Source of the DNA: Octopus sinensis
Lineage: Eukaryota
Reading direction: 5' to 3'
Length of the DNA: 8,525 nt
Assembly (NCBI RefSeq): GCF_006345805.1
Contig: NW_021828348.1
Location: 1 to 8,525 of the forward strand
Below the pieces are notes generated by a model. That model was not told the origin of the DNA and searched no databases. It saw only the letters and a list, made by a program, of their open reading frames with translations. Position 1 is the stretch's first letter. Each line of letters starts with the position of its first letter. The position numbers and the translations under genes are program-made. Of the stretch, positions 6,565 through 8,525 are shown one piece after another.

Positions 6565-7198
6565 GAATTTTACATATAAAAGAGATAATAATCAAAATAA
6601 TGCATCCGTGGAACCAGTACCTCTCTGAACAGATTAGCGTGACAGATAAACAGTTAGGTTCAGAATATTAACAAAATGCGAAAGAAAGACCACTAATAAA
6701 ATTAAGACGTAATATTGAACTTAAAATAAGAATATCTTCAAGATGCTAGGGGTTCTTAGCATCAAATACCTCAAAAATGCTTAGTGGTATATTTGGTTGC
6801 ACCCAAACACAGTTGGAAAAATGGTTGTACCTAATTTAACCTTGCCAGGAAATCTTCATCGTTTTTCTATATTTTTTATCATTTTTTTGTCGTGTCTTGT
6901 ATTTTTATTTATTTGCGTGCAAATATCTACGTATGCATATGTGTATAAATGCATATCTGTGTGCACTCGTGTACATGGTTATATATGTTTGCGCGTGTGC
7001 GTGTACCTTTAAAATTCTTCATACATCCTCCCATGTATTGTATAATTCTTCTTTCTTCCTTCCTTCGTAATTTGTAAGCGTGTGGAGTTTTTTTAATCAC
7101 ATTTCACGTTATTCCTTCTTTGTGAGCCCCGGTGAAATTTTTTTATCTTTTTATTTATTTTGTATCTTGGAATCATTGCCACCAACAAGGAAAAGATT

Positions 7199-7207
7199 AT
7201 TACTATG

Positions 7208-7270
<63 letters not shown>

Positions 7271-7355
7271 GTTTTATTATTATTATTATTATTTATTATT
7301 ATTAATATTTTTATTATTATCATTATTATTGTTATTATTATTGTTGTTGTTGTTG

Positions 7356-7386
<31 letters not shown>

Positions 7387-7582
7387 CATTGTTATTATTA
7401 TTACATATATATAGGTGTGTAAACATATATGTATACATACATACATTCTACATGCATACATACATATATATACATACCTATATATATGCGTGTGTGTGTG
7501 TGTGTGTGTCTCTCTCTCTCTCTATATATATATATATGCGTGTGTGTGTCTATGTATGTATGTATGTGTGTATGTATGTATA
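7199..7582. repeat. Compound microsatellite (ATT/GTT)n followed by (TA/CA/TG/TC/TATG)n
   Basis: Direct reading. Confidence 0.97.
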
Positions 7583-8269
7583 TCTTGTCCAATTAATGTC
7601 TTCTTTGTACAACATCTCTAAAGTGCTCTGTCTTCCATTTTTTTCATAATTTTTTCCCCTATTTCTTTAAACTGCCAACCAATGCTCGTATCTCTCCCTC
7701 GCATGGAGACGCTGCAAATTGTAAATTTACCATTTAACTTCATTTCGACAGCAGAAATCACCATGGCTGGTCAACTAAAAACATATTCTTTCTTCTCACT
7801 TCACACCATCTTAAGGTGCAAAGTTATTGAGAATAGTAAAGCGCAAAGCAATTAGGCTAACAACGTCGATGTTGTAATGCCAAGCTAATTCTCCTTCTCC
7901 TACACTTTTGAAGTTTAAACGAACCAAAAGTTAGCAAGAAAAACACACAGCAAACCTAAATAAATTTAAATATATAAAGCCGCTGAACATCTCTAAACTC
8001 ATATACAAAAAAAAATATTTATGTTTCTGTTGTTTTTACAATATTTTTTTGAGATTTTTTCTGTGTCTGTGTGTCTTTTTTTTTTTAATTTTTGGCAGGT
8101 ACAATTGGAGAGGGTATGTAGGTGCGTGTATGTGTGGAGGTGTGGGTGTGTGCTTCAAATTTTATTTTAAGAGACCAAATAGTTGGAGACAGAAAACGAA
8201 ACAAACAAAACAATATTATTGCGGTGTCACGTGATGGAGAACGAGAGAGAAATTACAACAAAACCACTA

Positions 8270-8525
8270 AGTAGTAGCAGTAGTAGTGGTAGTGGTAGTA
8301 ATGGTGGTGTGGGTGGTGGTAATGCTAGTAGTAGTAGTGGTGATGGTGTTAGTGGTGGTGGTAGTCGTCATGTTAATGGTATTTGCAGTAGTAGTATTGG
8401 TTGCAGTAGTGGTAGTAATTGTGTTGGTGGTGATGGTAGTGGTGGTGGTAGTCGTAATGTCAATGGTATTTGCAGTACTAGTAGTAGTAGTATTTGTAGT
8501 AGTAGTATTTGTAGTAGTAGTATTT
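8270..8525. repeat. (AGT/GGT)n cryptic array with higher-order duplications, runs off the window end
   Basis: ~87-90-bp duplication (8339-8396 vs 8429-8483) and three exact copies of gtagtagtagtattt (8481-8525). Confidence 0.9.

Noticed and set aside
6735-6770. Hairpin GATGCTA 6742-6748 / TAGCATC 6757-6763 flanked by TTCAAGA and CAAA, hammerhead-like
   Set aside because: Core deviates at too many invariant positions and there is no stem III or NUH; at best an unprovable remnant.
7080-7649. Poly-L/poly-I 'transmembrane-like' ORFs
   Set aside because: Translations of (ATT)n and dinucleotide repeats.
8227-8234. TCACGTGA E-box/CLEAR palindrome, and a CCAAT near 7679
   Set aside because: Single short motifs are expected by chance without supporting context.
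1-8525. CRISPR array, prokaryotic operon or defence system
   Set aside because: No regularly spaced repeat-spacer units, no gene-dense organisation; composition and SINEs indicate an animal genome.

Overview
AT-rich, microsatellite-saturated eukaryotic non-coding DNA. The SINE families match my recollection of octopus (coleoid cephalopod) repeats; I did not verify this by search. There is no credible protein-coding gene: nearly all ORFs are translations of di/trinucleotide repeats or of repeat elements. Recognisable content: (i) two copies of a composite tRNA-derived SINE (tRNA head + CORE-like block, internal TA/CA microsatellite, 3' module), an inverted fragment of its 3' module, and a second tRNA SINE sharing a domain with it; (ii) a Tigger/pogo-like MITE with a TA target site; (iii) six different type I hammerhead-ribozyme-like motifs, four with the palindromic minimal stem III typical of Penelope-like elements (PLEs), one of them (+5941-6039) with every catalytic nucleotide intact; (iv) an 82-nt pre-miRNA-like hairpin that pairs better on the minus strand; (v) two clusters of YY1/Pho-like ATGGC motifs, one beside a perfect CRE.
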